Positions 40,246 to 53,918 of a stretch of DNA of 64,000 nucleotides are shown here, one piece after another (position 1 is the first letter of the stretch; each line of letters opens with the position of its first letter). The stretch is from Octopus sinensis (Eukaryota): NCBI RefSeq assembly GCF_006345805.1, contig NC_042999.1, forward strand, positions 116,684,001 to 116,748,000, read 5' to 3'. Below the pieces are notes generated by a model. It saw only the letters and a list, made by a program, of their open reading frames with translations, was not told the origin of the DNA and ran no database searches. Both the position numbers and the translations under genes were made by a program.

Positions 40246-40311
<66 letters not shown>
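40246..40311. repeat. (TAC)n microsatellite
   Basis: Direct reading; source of the poly-L and poly-V ORFs in the track. Confidence 0.95.
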
Positions 40312-40313
<2 letters not shown>

Positions 40314-42200
40314 TTAAGCTATGAGCTTGCAGAATCATCATTTCAGACAAAATGCTTAACAGCATTTCTTCTGGTTGTTTCCATTCTGACTTCAAATGTT
40401 GCAGACATTGACTTTGCCTTCCATCCTTTCAGGGTGTTTAAAATTAAGTACTAGTTATTCTAGTCTCCCCTCCTTGTGCCCCATCATTATTACCTAAAGG
40501 AAAGACCACCATCTTAATGCTAATACTGCTTGACACCTATTGCTGTTGAAGGCATTGCTACTAGAGTACATTAATTGGAACAGATAGTGCAAGATATTTT
40601 GACTGACACCCTAACAGTTCCCACTAATCCACCATCTTGGACTGGTACATTTTATTTTCTCCAGAGGGATGGAAAGTAAAATTGACCTTGGCAGGATTTG
40701 AACTCGGACCTCGGAGAGTTAGAAGAAATATAGGGCATTCTATCCAACAATGTCAATTCACTACCTTACAACAGGGCTGCACTACTACAAAACATATAAT
40801 CATTGGTTCAGTTTGAATACATTTTGAAGATTAATGGTTTCATGTATTTATTTTTCTTCTCTTTATCTATTAATCAATATTAATGAGAGTAAACTTTAAT
40901 GTTAATTTAAACCTGATTACTGTCCCAGTTCTCAGGACAGTAATTATCAATTAAACCAAGTTAAAAAAAAACAAAAAAAGGAAAGGTTCACAGTTGACAA
41001 AAATCTTTCTACTTGTTTAAACAGCACAATATTTTTGCTTTAATTAAAGTCTGTAATGTGTTCAAGATAGTGGGGGTAGGAGGTTAAGAAGGAAAGTGTT
41101 GGCCAGACATTATTAAGCTGCTACCCCACCCGTATATCATTTCTGTTTCTGTTATTCAGAGGATTGTTGCAGTTGGCTTTAAAAAGGAGGGCTTCACCAT
41201 ATTACTGCTGCTTGGTTTGAAAGTGAATCATTGTAGAAAATAAATGAAAATGCAAAACTCTCTCCCCCCCCTCTCTCTCTCTCTCTCTCTCAAAGAAAAA
41301 AATCTTTCAACTCTGTCAGGGTTCTTTTTAACCTAGGATTCTACTTTGTCATACATTCCAATGGCCTCTCCCCTCATTGACTTATTAAAAAACAAAAACA
41401 AAAAGCTGAAAAATATACATTAGATTATCTATCATTCAACATATTCTACATAAAAGGTATTTTTCCAAAGCTGCTATCGTCATCATCATCATCATTATCA
41501 TCCTACCATCACCACCACCATTATCATCATCATCATCATCATCATGTTCATCATTGCTGTAGGCACAGAAAACTTCCAAAACTGTTTGGTTTCTAATAGA
41601 ACATTTTTGTTTTTTATATGTATTATTGCAATTATCTTCATCTTTATTTTTTTTTTTTCATCTGATAAATAAATCTGGTTGGTAGATTTCTCAAGTTTTC
41701 ATTCTCTGACAAATTCTCTCTCTTTCTCTCTCTCTCTCTTTCTCTCTCTCTCCTTTCTTCTCTTCTCTGTTTGCAGGAGGAACTTTGTAATCTTAGATGT
41801 AGCCTGTGTATAAACATTCACCTACTCATCTGTAGCCTTTCAAATGAGAGAGGATTGTTGCTGTTGCCAGTAGTCTTATTATTTCCCTGACAGGCAGTCC
41901 TGAATTGCTTTCTGTTAGTTACCTAAACTTGCTGAATTAGATCTGATTGTCTGTCCTAGTTTTCATGTGTTGTAGTAGTTAGTCCAAGGAATAATAATAA
42001 TAAGAGATTTTGAGAGAGAAAGAGAGTAGGAATTTAGGCAAGAAGCATCCAAACTTTTCAGCTACAAGAAGGAAAATAACCTTGGCATGGTGTTATGACT
42101 AAAAATAATTATGTTTACATAATTGCAATTTGTTTCTTTAAATATATTTCATAGATAATTACCAACAATTAATCAAAATATACATAATGAAATTGATTAG

Positions 42201-42238
<38 letters not shown>

Positions 42239-43361
42239 CAAGCAAAATATTAACAAACCAAAACCTTGACAAAACCTTAAATAAACAGTTAAATACTTGA
42301 ATGGAGAGAGAGAGAGTTAGTTGGTTAGCTGACTTGACACAAAGAAGTATGTATATTTAATGTGTAACTATAAATACTAAATAAAGGTTAACAAAGAATA
42401 AGAATGCTTTTCTATATGTAACTTTAAAAAGTTGAACCTTGATTATTATAAATTAAAAAAAAAAAACTGATTCCAACCAAACTGGTAAAAGTTTGCATCT
42501 ACTGCAAAATTATAGAGTCAAACATATGAGTTTGCATGCCAAAGGTGAAAAGAGGATGTAGACATTTCAGCAAGACTAACCTTCTGTCTCAGAGAGAAAA
42601 ATATTTTTACTGACCACCACTAGCTTTCTCAGTCACTGTGTGGATTTTTTATTTACATTTTACTCTTGATTTATTGTTGTTATTATTGATGTCAGGAGTG
42701 GAGGGTGGATTGGCAGAATAGATGTCTTGTGGTATTTGTTCCAGTTCTTTTTTTATGTTCTGATGTCAACTTTGCCTTTCATCCTTTTGAAGGACAATAA
42801 AATAAAATACCAATCAAGCACTATGGTCCAATCCCCTTCCCTCTAAATTACTGGACTTGTACCTAATTCTACCTAATTCAAAAACCATTATTATTATTAT
42901 TATTATTATTACTATTATTATTATTATGTGAATTACTGCTCTTAAAATTCTGAAAAAAACTTTTTCTCAGACAATAATTCAATTCCAAAATCCTATCCTC
43001 TTCTTTTCACATCATAAGAACTTATCCAAATATACAAACTTCACTGCATAATTTAATGTCTCCTGTGTTAAAACCAGGTTTTCCCTCCTTTGTGACAACT
43101 CTTTTGTATTGATAAATCATTGTGGTCATACAGAAGAAAAGATTCAATCAAATTAACAAATTATATCTATTTATCTATATGCACACACACACACACATAC
43201 ACGTACACGTACACACATGCACACACTTAATAAAGAAATCAATATACTATGTTCTTAATATTAAAAAAAAGCTATTTAGAAATCTTTTATAAATGTTCCT
43301 CCAATGTGCTTGTATAGATTTCTTTTCTAATTTAAAAGCGGCTAAACAATGTATCTGTGAT

Positions 43362-43589
43362 TTAACCCTTTAGCATTCAATTTTCTCTGTTAAATGTAAT
43401 ACTTATTTATCCACATTGATGTGAATTAGTCATGTATTACCTAGTAGCTTTGAGATTTCAATGATGTGATTGTTTATTTTTAACATAACATTTTAGGGGA
43501 AATGCAAGTAGCTGGATCTGGCCAGTTTGAAGATAATATAGGCAGATTATTTTGTCCGGGTATGGCCAGTTTAAATGCTAAAGAATTAA
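43362..43589. mobile_element. piggyBac-like MITE (TTAA ends)
   Basis: Left end TTAACCCTTTAGCATT; right end AATGCTAAAGAATTAA (inverted, 2 mismatches). Confidence 0.75.
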
Positions 43590-44528
43590 AGTTTAGATTA
43601 ATTTCAGATTTATCTCATTCCATGCTTAACGATTGGAAAAAAAAAAACCCATTATTTCAATCAAGAATTGAGTCAAATTCCTTTGCTGTTTATGAGCAGA
43701 ATATGATTGAGAACTTTTAAAATTATACTACTAAGTCGTGTTATTAATACTTTTTACATTTTTCCTTAAATTGTTCAGTTATTAACTCTTTCCTTTCAAA
43801 TACCTATTGGTAAATGTCCTTCACATCATAGATTCATAGAGATTCTCTAGAGATGAGATATTTTTTGTTTGTTTTTTTGTAAACCAATCTCTTCCCTCCT
43901 TCTATCACTGCCACAACTGCTACTGTTAAATACACCACTTGAGAATCAGCTGCAAATCTTACCTAGCTTTATATCTTAGCAGGATACTGCCATTCCTCTA
44001 GAGACAGAGCCCTTCTAAAATTTCCACTTTTATAGAGTTTACCCCTATACCTATTATAGTTAATTTTATCACAAGCTGCTCCTTAATTTTGCCAGACAGA
44101 CATATTAATGTGCAGTTTTTCTTTGAAAGTCTTGAATCATACTTTCTCTCTACTTTCTCATACTTTCTCTCTACCTCATCATTTTGGATTGTAATTTTCA
44201 GCACGAGAGTTAAATTTAGTAATTAACTATACTGATTAATAAGTACACACAGGCATTTTAGTGTTATAAGAAGTTTGCTTCTCAACCACATGGCTTCAGG
44301 TTTAGATCTATTGTGTGGCACCTTGGGCAGATGTCTTCTATTATAGTTCCAAGCCAACCAAAGCCTTAAGAGGAAATTTGATATGTTTGATATGTGGAGG
44401 CACATGGCTTAGTGCTGGTTAGGGTGTTGCACTCATGATTGTAAGTTTGTGGTTTTGATCTTAAGCAAAACACTTCATTTCATGTTGTTCCAGTCCACTC
44501 AGCTGACAAAAGTGATTAACCCTGCATC

Positions 44529-44736
44529 AGACCAAGAAACCGAACAGACACAGTGCCAGATGGACATAAAACCGAACGGACACAAAAATATTAAAAAAAA
44601 ATTCCTACCTATATAGTTTAATGACCAATTCACCAATTTGGCACTTAAAATTTAATGAGATAAAATTTTAATTTTTGTATGTCTTTTTGGCATCTTATCT
44701 ATTATTTGTCTTTATGTCTGTTCAGCTTCTTGTCCT
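44529..44736. mobile_element. Degenerate foldback MITE with aaaccgaac.gacac subterminal repeats
   Basis: Left agaccaagaaaccgaacagacac compared with right (reverse complement) aggacaagaagctgaacagacat. Confidence 0.4.
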
Positions 44737-44782
44737 TCAGTAAAAGTGTATTTGGCATCCCATCCATGTACCATATATATAT

Positions 44783-44818
<36 letters not shown>

Positions 44819-44822
44819 CAAC

Positions 44823-44976
44823 AGGCTTCTTTCAGTTTCTGTCTACCAAATCCTCTCACAAGACTTTGATTGCCCTGAGGCTATAGTAGAAAACACTTGC
44901 CCAAGGTGCCACACAGTGGGACTAAACCCAAAACCATGTGGTTGGTAAGCCAGCTACTTACCACACAGCCACTCCT
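44823..44976 (-). mobile_element. Family-A SINE head
   Basis: cttctttcagtttctgtctacc...acacttgcccaaggtgccacacagtgggactaaacccaaaaccatgtggttgg...cttaccacacagccactcct. Confidence 0.85.
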
Positions 44977-47900
44977 ATGTATGTATGTATGTATGTATGT
45001 ATGTATGTATGTATGTATGTATGTATGTATGCATGCATGTGCTCCTGTCTGTGTTTTCTTGTCTTGATATTATGTTATAGTTGTAAATGTTCCAGATACC
45101 ATCTTAATAATAAAAAAAAGTTAGTTTATTGAGTTTCTCCTAGCTATTGATTACTTTTAGAATAACCTCAAACATAGAATAAGGCATTCCTTTCATTAAA
45201 AAACATGGTTACTATATGGTTTGGTTGTTACATCTAGTAGGTTGAGCAGTTATCTCTTAACTGTTTTGTGGTTTTGTCAGGTGACAGTGTTTGTCTAGAG
45301 AAATGTTGCTCCAATGTTATTTAAAAAGCACAAATTAGCTTCTGTTAATTCTTCTAAAGACTGAGAATACTAAAAGACTTGTTTTGTCTTTCATCTTTCA
45401 TCAGTCAGTGGTGTAGATAGACTATCAAACTTGTCCATTTTGTTTCAAGGTTTTTCTAAAATGTTTAAATTACAAATCATTTGACTAACGCTGTTCAGCA
45501 ATGACAACCGTTTTTAACCATCATCATTTTTCGCAATCAGTCATGGGATACGAGTTATCTTCAAATTAAATTTTATATTGCATTGTGTTGGCCAACTACC
45601 ATTATTATCTCTTTGTCCAATATGTATATATCAAACCTTAGGTTCCTCTGTTTTTATTAGTTTATTTGCTATATTGGTTAAGTGTCAAATTTGCTATCTC
45701 AAAAGCTACTAAAGCTAGCCATGTTTTATTAATTTTTTTTTATTTATTTCATATCTATTTTTTTCTAGGAAGTTATTTTGATGAAATGCTGTGCAAACTA
45801 CAGATTTTATTTCATACAAAAATGAAGTCTGTTATACATTGGTTACGAAAAACAAAATCAGTTCTCACATATGGTTATATACATAGCAACAAAATTTTTG
45901 ACAGATATTGATAGCTTTAATAATAGTTATTAATGCCAAATACATTCAAATGCTGTCATAAAAGAAAAAAAAAACCCCAAAACCATTTGGTTAATGATTC
46001 AGTTGTTTCTAATATATCTTCTGACTAGTTAATGGAATAAGAGTGTGTGGCAGTGTACATTGAACATAACTTTGATTTACTAACTCATTTTGTTTTTAAA
46101 TGGTTCAGAGTTTTCAGATTTAATAAGATGGGAATGTTGTGTGCAGTTTTCATTAGCACTTTGAGCATATATATCAGTTGATGAAATTCTGCTTCAATGA
46201 CGAGTTTAGTTATTGGGACCTTGTTTGCTACTGAGGTTTATTTACAGTATGTCTCTTTAACATTAATGGCAGGTTTATTGTCATCCTTCATGCCTTTGTT
46301 ACAGTATATCCTTGACATACTATGCATTTATTTCAATTAATTTTTAAAATAATGAAGAATTTGATAAAATAAAGTGTCGGTGTTAAGCTTGTATTTGGAA
46401 CATAAAATGAAATTTTGATAGAAGCTTTAATTTAGATCATATTAAAGCAAGACATTTGTATCATAGAATTAGGTGAGGTCTCTGGCAGATTGGTACCAAA
46501 ACAGTTAAAGAAGTACTTCTCAAGCAGAGCTCCATAAGGGGTATCCAAGTACACCACAGATTTTAAAAACTATAGTTTAAAGCTTTAGAAAATCTGTTCT
46601 AACAATTGAATGTCTTTAAAAACATGTTATTCAATATCTTATTTTACACAAGTATGATTAATAAGAAGAAATAGTTTTTCTGTATTTTTTTCTAATTTTT
46701 AACTTATAAACATAAATTATTTATTTTAACTTTTATTACAAAGTGTACCAGTAATTCTTTTACTTGATACACAATGTACCAACATCAAAAGTTTAAGAGC
46801 CACTGTTTAATGTATGGTTTTGTTCCTTAGAATTTTTCTGACTTGTATTCATGTTTGGCTCTGTAACTAGCTAGCTTCTTCTTCACATTGGTTTTGTATT
46901 ATCACATGTTAGTTACCAAGCAATATTTTGTAACCAAATAAGTACTGTATCATATATGCTGGCTACATATGTTAAAGCAGCAACAACAGCTGTACTTGAA
47001 GAGTGGGTGGTACACAGACTTGGTTAGGGTTGATTTTTCTGGATGCGTCATTTTGTAGACATGAAATCTTTGGTTTGACATATGACATTTGCATCAACCA
47101 AACTGAAGTTGAAAATACTCCAGCTGAATTTTATGCTCCCTCTTTCCTCTTTCCCCACTCATAAATCTTTTTTCCATAAACTTTCATTACTATGGGTGAT
47201 TGTTGGATGGTGGATAAAATCAGATGCCAATCAAGTACTGGAACCAGTGTCATCAACTAGCCCAACACCTCAAAATTGCTGGCCTTGTGCTGAAATTAGA
47301 AATGATTATTTAGTTACAGTGCTGTCTGTTCTGTGTTAAAATGCTACTGACACCAACTTTGCTTTTTTCTTTCTGTGGATCTTAACATAAGATACCACCC
47401 AAATATTAGGAATAGATACAATTGACAATACCCCACCATTTAAATTCAAGATCTTCCACTTATATTAGAAATCATAATTATTCAAGTTCAATCCTCTGCA
47501 TAGCATTATGGGTAAATACTTTGTACTATAACCTCCAGTTGCCCAATATTTGAGTGAAATTTAGTTGATGGAAATTGTGTGGAAGGCCATCATGTATGTA
47601 TGTGCAAATGTATGTACATGTGTGTGTGTATTTGTGTTTGTTTCCTGTCTTCACATAGGCAGCGGTGATGTTTTGTATATGGCCCACATCTACAATGTCT
47701 CAGAGTGCAGTTGTTCAATGTGCAAAGACCAGTGGAAGTAAAGTGCTTCACTTGAAAACAAAAGCTGGCATCTAGAAGGGGTATCCAGCCATAGAATACT
47801 ACCTCAAGAAGTCTCAGCCAACTCGTACCAGCATGGAAAAAGCAGACATAGGATGAGGATGATGATGATGATGGTAATGTTTATTAGAACATGTCTTATG

Positions 47901-48196
47901 TTAGAAAAAAATTGTTACTGTTATTGTTATCATCACACAATAAGAAGAATGTGATATGATATGTAATAAAATATAGATTGAATCTCTTTCCTAAATTGAA
48001 CAATATTTCAACAGAGTCAATCTATATTTCATTACATATCATGTTGCACACTTCTTATTGTGTTATTTACCTTTGTGAAGATTTACGTCAATCCTCATAT
48101 ATTATTAAAGGATTATTATCATTATCATCATCATCTTGTCATCATTATTGTTGTTGCTGTTATTATTACACTGGACGAAATACTTGTGGAATTTCA

Positions 48197-48563
48197 CCTG
48201 TCACTACTTTCTTAGTTCAAATTCTGCTGAGGTTGACTTTGCCTTTCATCCTTTCAGGGTCAATAAATTAAGTACCAGTGAAACACTGGGATCGATGCAA
48301 TCAATTAGTACCCTCCTCCAAATTTCAGGCCTTGTGCCTATTGTAGAAAGGATTATTATTATTAAGATAGCAAGCTGGCAGAATCATTAGCACACCAGGT
48401 GAAATGCTAAGCGGTATTTCATCTGCCACTGTTCTAGGTTCAAATTCTGCTTTGCTTTGCATTCTTTCAGGGTCAATAAAATAAGTACCAGTTGAACACT
48501 GGGGTCAATGTAATCAACTCATCTCTCTCCCCAAACTGCTGCCCTTGTGGCAAAACTTGAAAC

Positions 48564-48609
<46 letters not shown>
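48197..48609 (+). mobile_element. Tandem family-B SINEs (partial plus full) ending in (TAT)n
   Basis: Two cores near 48215 and 48435; ATT-repeat tail at about 48565-48609. Confidence 0.85.
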
Positions 48610-48611
<2 letters not shown>

Positions 48612-48874
48612 AATAATAATTTTTCAGATAAGTTTTTGAGAGGATTTTAAAGTTAGACTGTAACTTCTTTTTATCATGTATTTTGGTTATTTTCTAAAGT
48701 TTGCATTAACACAAAAACCACAAGATTCATAAGAGATGGCAGATTAGCTGATTGATTTGATTAACAAGCAGCATAACTACTAGTATTTATTTTATCAATT
48801 CCATAATGATGAACAGCAAAGTTAACCCTTGTAGGATGTAAACTCTGAATTGAAGAGTTATGAATTAAATACTG

Positions 48875-49049
48875 TTTTCTACTCTAGGCACATGGCTCGA
48901 AATTTTGTTGGAAGGGGCCAGTCGATTAGATCAATCCCAGTATGCAACTGGTACTTAATTTATTGACCCTAAACGGATGAAAGGCAAACTTGACCTCGGC
49001 AGAATTTGAACTCATCACCCAGCATGCTAACGATTCTGCCAGCTCGTCT
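48875..49049 (-). mobile_element. Family-B SINE with 17-bp TSD (1 mismatch)
   Basis: ttatgaattaaatactg at 48858-48874; ttatgaatttaatactg at 49050-49066. Confidence 0.85.
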
Positions 49050-50278
49050 TTATGAATTTAATACTGCCTAGGTTTTATTCCAGCACATTAGCCACTTTTC
49101 ATTCAATGGTATAAAGTGCTACATATTTTTGAGTGGACAGAGGATACCATTGAATTGATTATAGTATTTATCATGCCCCTGAGATGATGAAAGACAGAGT
49201 CAACTCTAACTAGATTTGAACTCAGAAAGTCACTAAACATTGAATGTAACATCATCTCAGCTCACTTCATAGTTTTTACTACTCCAATAATTGTATCTTA
49301 CTAAGTAATAAGATGCAAGAAGCTGGAAGTAGTAATTAAAAAGAGTTATCTCATATTTTTTGAAACATATTTTCTGAGAATATCTGTAACTTTGATGAAA
49401 TTAAATAAAATTGCTCCAGCTAGGCTTACTTCCACTTTAATATGTTCACTTTATTATTATGACTGGAAAATTCATTAAATCATTTAGATGTTGATCATTT
49501 CAACAATCCAACTTACATTTTAGTTATCTCAGCTTATGTGATTCCTATGTAATCCCCATTGTCTGCTATGTTTTGGTTTTAAATCATTTATGAAATCCTT
49601 TCCAACCTTAATTATTCAGGAAAATTTTTAACTACTTAACTTATTCAACCATTTTTTGAATTCAACCATTTATGTTTCTGTCCATCTATCAAGTTTTTTC
49701 TTTCTGTCTAGCCATGCATGTATTTGTCTGTTTGTCTATCTACTTCTCTCTCTCTCTTGCTCATATGTATATGTGTGTGTGTGTATATATATATACATAC
49801 ATATATATATCTCATCATTTTATATCCGCTTCTTATGCTGGCACGAGTTGGATGGTTCAACAGGATCTGACATGTTTGAGGGCCATGTCATGTAAATTAT
49901 TCAGCAGGATGTGATGGGCTGAAAGATCACACCATGCAGGAAGGATGGGAGATCCTGTTGAATTATCTAACCCATGCCAGCATGGAAAGTAGACATAGAC
50001 TGATGATGATGGTGATAGATACATAGATAGATATAGAGAGATATATACAAATCTATCTGTGTATATCTATTCACGTGACTATCTCGCTAAGTATCCCTAC
50101 ATCAATTTCTATACTGAGCTATCTATCAGTGTATCTTATGTGTGTATTTATTTATCTATACATGCATCCATACATACATGAATGTGTGAATACACACATG
50201 TATATTTTGTAATTAGTTGCAACGTTAAACATTTTTAAGCAGTGCTTGTCTTATATATGTAAGTGTAGGTGTGACTAA

Positions 50279-50290
50279 TATGTATGTATG

Positions 50291-50322
<32 letters not shown>

Positions 50323-50588
50323 TGTATGTATGTATGTATGTATGTATGTATGTATGTATGTATGTATGTATTATGTATGTATGTATGTATGTATTATGTA
50401 TGTATGTATGTATGTATGTATGTATGTATGTATGTAGTATGTATGTATGTATGTATGTATGTATTATGTATGTATGTATGTATGTATGTATGTATGTATG
50501 TATGTATGTATGTATGTATGTATGTATGTATGTATGTATGTATGTATGTATGTATGTATGTATGTATGAATGAATGAATGAATGAATG
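50279..50588. repeat. (TATG)n followed by (TGAA)n
   Basis: Direct reading. Shorter (TATG)n at about 13673-13718 and 44977-45030. Confidence 0.95.
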
Positions 50589-51095
50589 CTCTGACTCTGG
50601 CAGCATTAGTTCTTAAAGGTCGTTCAACTTTTCTCAACTAACCAATTTACCGATTGAGCAAACGAGTCAATGAACGAACCTATAACAATTATCAGAAACA
50701 GCTACAAGTTATACTCATCACAATAGAGGAATATTTAATGACCACTATTTATACCTTGTCTTGTATATCACTCTTGTAAAAGACCTGTCTAACTGGGAAG
50801 ACAACCATGGATTTACAATATGGAATGGTGCCTGATGAACTAAAACCTTGGACCCTACCATAAGCATATGCAGAGTTCTTTACTAATGTGAAAGTTTTGT
50901 TAGCCTGGTGTATTTGTATTAACAGTGCCTATAAAGTATTTTGACTGGATTGATAATCCCTCATTAATAACTATATATGTATATATGCATATATATACAT
51001 GTGTGTGTGTGCATGTGCATGTGTGAGTACATACGCATATATATATGTATAATGTTTATATATATATATATAAATGTATGTGTGTATGTGTATAT

Positions 51096-51152
<57 letters not shown>

Positions 51153-51875
51153 TCAAAATTTTCTTCTATTTATTCATCGTATTTGATTATCCTAGCTGGG
51201 TAGTTCATTCTTGGAGATGTCATTAGCTCTTCCTTCTGGAAGTTGTTGGTGACTCAATCTGATATGAAGGTTGTTTGGTAGCAGGCTTGCCTTGAAACAT
51301 GCTCTACTTCTTCCTGCCTCTCTCCTACAAGATATCACTTGGATTCCATTGCAGTGACCTAACATTTTCAGAGTGGTTTTTACCATTCTTAGCTTTCTCC
51401 CTTATCAAGCTGAACTCTGTTTTTATGCATGTAGATTTATATAAATTCTTTACTTTTAATATATATTCTTTCTGTACTGTTTTATTTTAAAACATTTATT
51501 AAAAGTTTAGTGTGTGTGTATGTTTAGCTTATCCCCACCACAATCTATTTATAATATTATAATATTAAAGAAAGCGTTATTGTCTTTAAAATAACACTCA
51601 CTTTCTTCATTGAATTATTTTCATATTCAGTTTTGCTATATATATATATATATATATATACATATACATAAATATATATAGTGTACATTTAAACACAAGA
51701 GAAACTATCTTTAACAGGTAATTTTACATGCTAGAAGAAGCAGTCAAAATGACCAAAACAACATTTAAGAGCAATTTTGAAGGGAATGAAAAATAAAAAC
51801 TTTTATCTTGTTATTTTTTTATGGTTATACTTCGGTTTTGATTTTTTTTTAGCAAATAAAATAATTTGCCAGGCT

Positions 51876-51911
<36 letters not shown>

Positions 51912-52698
51912 TATAGATATACACACACACATACATGCACACACACAAGCGCACACACACACACACAAGAGTATAACAGCTTTCTTGTTTCCTGCAGAAA
52001 TCATATCAAAGAAATTGTCTAAGGAAACAATATATCTTGTATTTGTTGTTATTCCCTGCCACCATATCATATATTGAATGAATTATGTATTGACCCTTTC
52101 TCACAATTACACACACAGAGGCCTACTCATTCTCTACACTGTCAGCTGATTTAGTTATCCCAGTGGCCTACTGCTTTTAACAGTCCACCTCCCCCTCACC
52201 CAAACCATTTTATTTTTCCCTATATCTTCCTCCCACTCCCTCTTATCTATCTGCTTCCCCTTGGTGCTTTCTAGTTTCACTCCCTCCTTCCTTGTTTGTG
52301 CTTTCCTATAAAAGGACTTACTTAGAACCTTTACTCTTTTGAAGGAAAGTTTTTGTATTTTTTTCTCACATCCTTTAAGAATATTTATGTATTTATTTAT
52401 TCCGCATACAGATTATTCTAGTTCTCTTTTTCTAGTGCCTTTAACTTTTTTCTTCATGTTCTTCTTCCTCCTCTCTTTATTCCCCCCCTCTCTCTCTCTC
52501 TCTACCTTTTCCATCTATTTCTTTGCTATCTCTGTCTTCTTAGTTTTGCTTTTACTCCTATACTTCATTCCTTCTCCAATCTTCTCCTTTCTCTTTCTCT
52601 CTCTTCCCCCCTCTCTTGTTCATTCCCTGTTTTTACTGCAATCTCTTTCCTCTCTCTTGGTAAATATCTATTTTGTAATCCTTTCTTTTGGCTGACAG

Positions 52699-52784
52699 CC
52701 TTGCTTGTTTGTACCCAGTGCTACTGCCTCTGTTTCTGGCTTTGGTTTTGAAGAACTGCCAGCTTCCAGCCTCCATCACTCAGT
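52699..52784 (+). other. Candidate 86-nt cassette exon (PCLFVPSATASVSGFGFEELPASSLHHSV; phase 0 in, phase 2 out)
   Basis: Acceptor tgtaatcctttcttttggctgacAG follows a pyrimidine tract of about 350 nt. Donor GT|GTATGC is weaker. The frame is open and locally GC-richer. No homology support. Confidence 0.2.
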
Positions 52785-52814
52785 GTATGCAAGATGTATA
52801 CACACACACACACA

Positions 52815-52858
<44 letters not shown>

Positions 52859-53112
52859 GTATGTAGTCTTTTAAAGATCCTTAGACTTAGCAAAGCAAGC
52901 AGCTAGAGGTGTGTGTGTATGTGTGTGTGTGTGCCTGCTAGTGTATAATAGTTAACATTGCTTCATCTCTCACCACCACAATGCCTCTCTTTCTCCTATT
53001 TTTCTCTTTGTTTTGTTGGTGTTACCACCGTTATTATGCACTGCTCCTGTTGTTTAGCTACATGCACTGTTTTAGTAGTGTTGTTGTTGTTATTGTTGCT
53101 GTTGTTGTTATA

Positions 53113-53338
53113 AAGGTGGGTATATTGGCAGAATGACTAAAGTGTCAGACAAAATGTCCTGCGGTATTTATTTATTCTGAGTTCAGATCCTGTCAAGGTC
53201 AACTTTGTCTCTCATTACTCCATGGTAAACAAAATAAAGAACCAGTAAGTTACTGGTATCAGTTCTATTGAGAATCCCTTCCCCCACCCTTCAAAGTTGC
53301 TGGCCTTGGGCCTGAATCAGAAACCATTATTATTATTT
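53113..53338 (+). mobile_element. Family-B SINE, diverged
   Basis: ttctgagttcagatcctgtcaaggtcaactttg...ggccttgggcctgaatcagaaaccattattatt. Confidence 0.75.
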
Positions 53339-53704
53339 TTATCCTCCTCCTCCTCATCATCTGAATTATCATCATGCATGTGCTTACATTGACAAGAAAA
53401 CTTTTGCTGTGCTTTATCAGTTAGGGTCATATGAGGAAATGTATCCGAATTTAAGTGATTACTAAATGAGATATCATTTTTTTTTTGTATCTTTTTGTTT
53501 CACATCTTCATCAAATTTTTTGCAATAATACTTTCACTGTTGCCATTTCTCCCCTGCCTGTCTCTTTCTCTCTGTCTCTGTCTCTCTCTCCTTCTCTCTT
53601 TTGTTTTACTCTTTCCTTCTCCCATTCTTGTATCTATTACTTTTTACTTGTTTCAGTCATTAAACTGTGGCCATGTTAAGGTACTGGTATGGGAATATTA
53701 ATAA

Positions 53705-53918
53705 TCCTTTCTACTATAGGCACAAGGCCTCTAAGTGGGGAGGGGGTAAGTTGATCACATCAACCCCAGTGCTTGACTGGTACTTAATTCGAGAGGTAAA
53801 GTTGAAAGGATGAAAGACAAAGTTGACCTCAGCGGAATTTGATCACAGAATGTAAAGACAGGCGAAATACCACTAAGCATTTTGCCTGGCATACTAATGA
53901 TTCTACCAGCTCGTTGCT
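53705..53918 (-). mobile_element. Family-B SINE
   Basis: aaaggatgaaagacaaagttgacctcagcggaatttga...gaaataccactaagcattttgcctggcatactaatgattctaccagctcg. Confidence 0.85.

Noticed and set aside
41777-41990. Strong splice acceptor (long CT tract + tttgcAG) suggesting an exon
   Set aside because: The pyrimidine tract is a microsatellite, there is no convincing donor, and the translation shows no homology.
51190-51420. GC-richer patch with a 64-aa minus-strand ORF
   Set aside because: No splice signals or recognisable domain; probably an old LINE 3' fragment.
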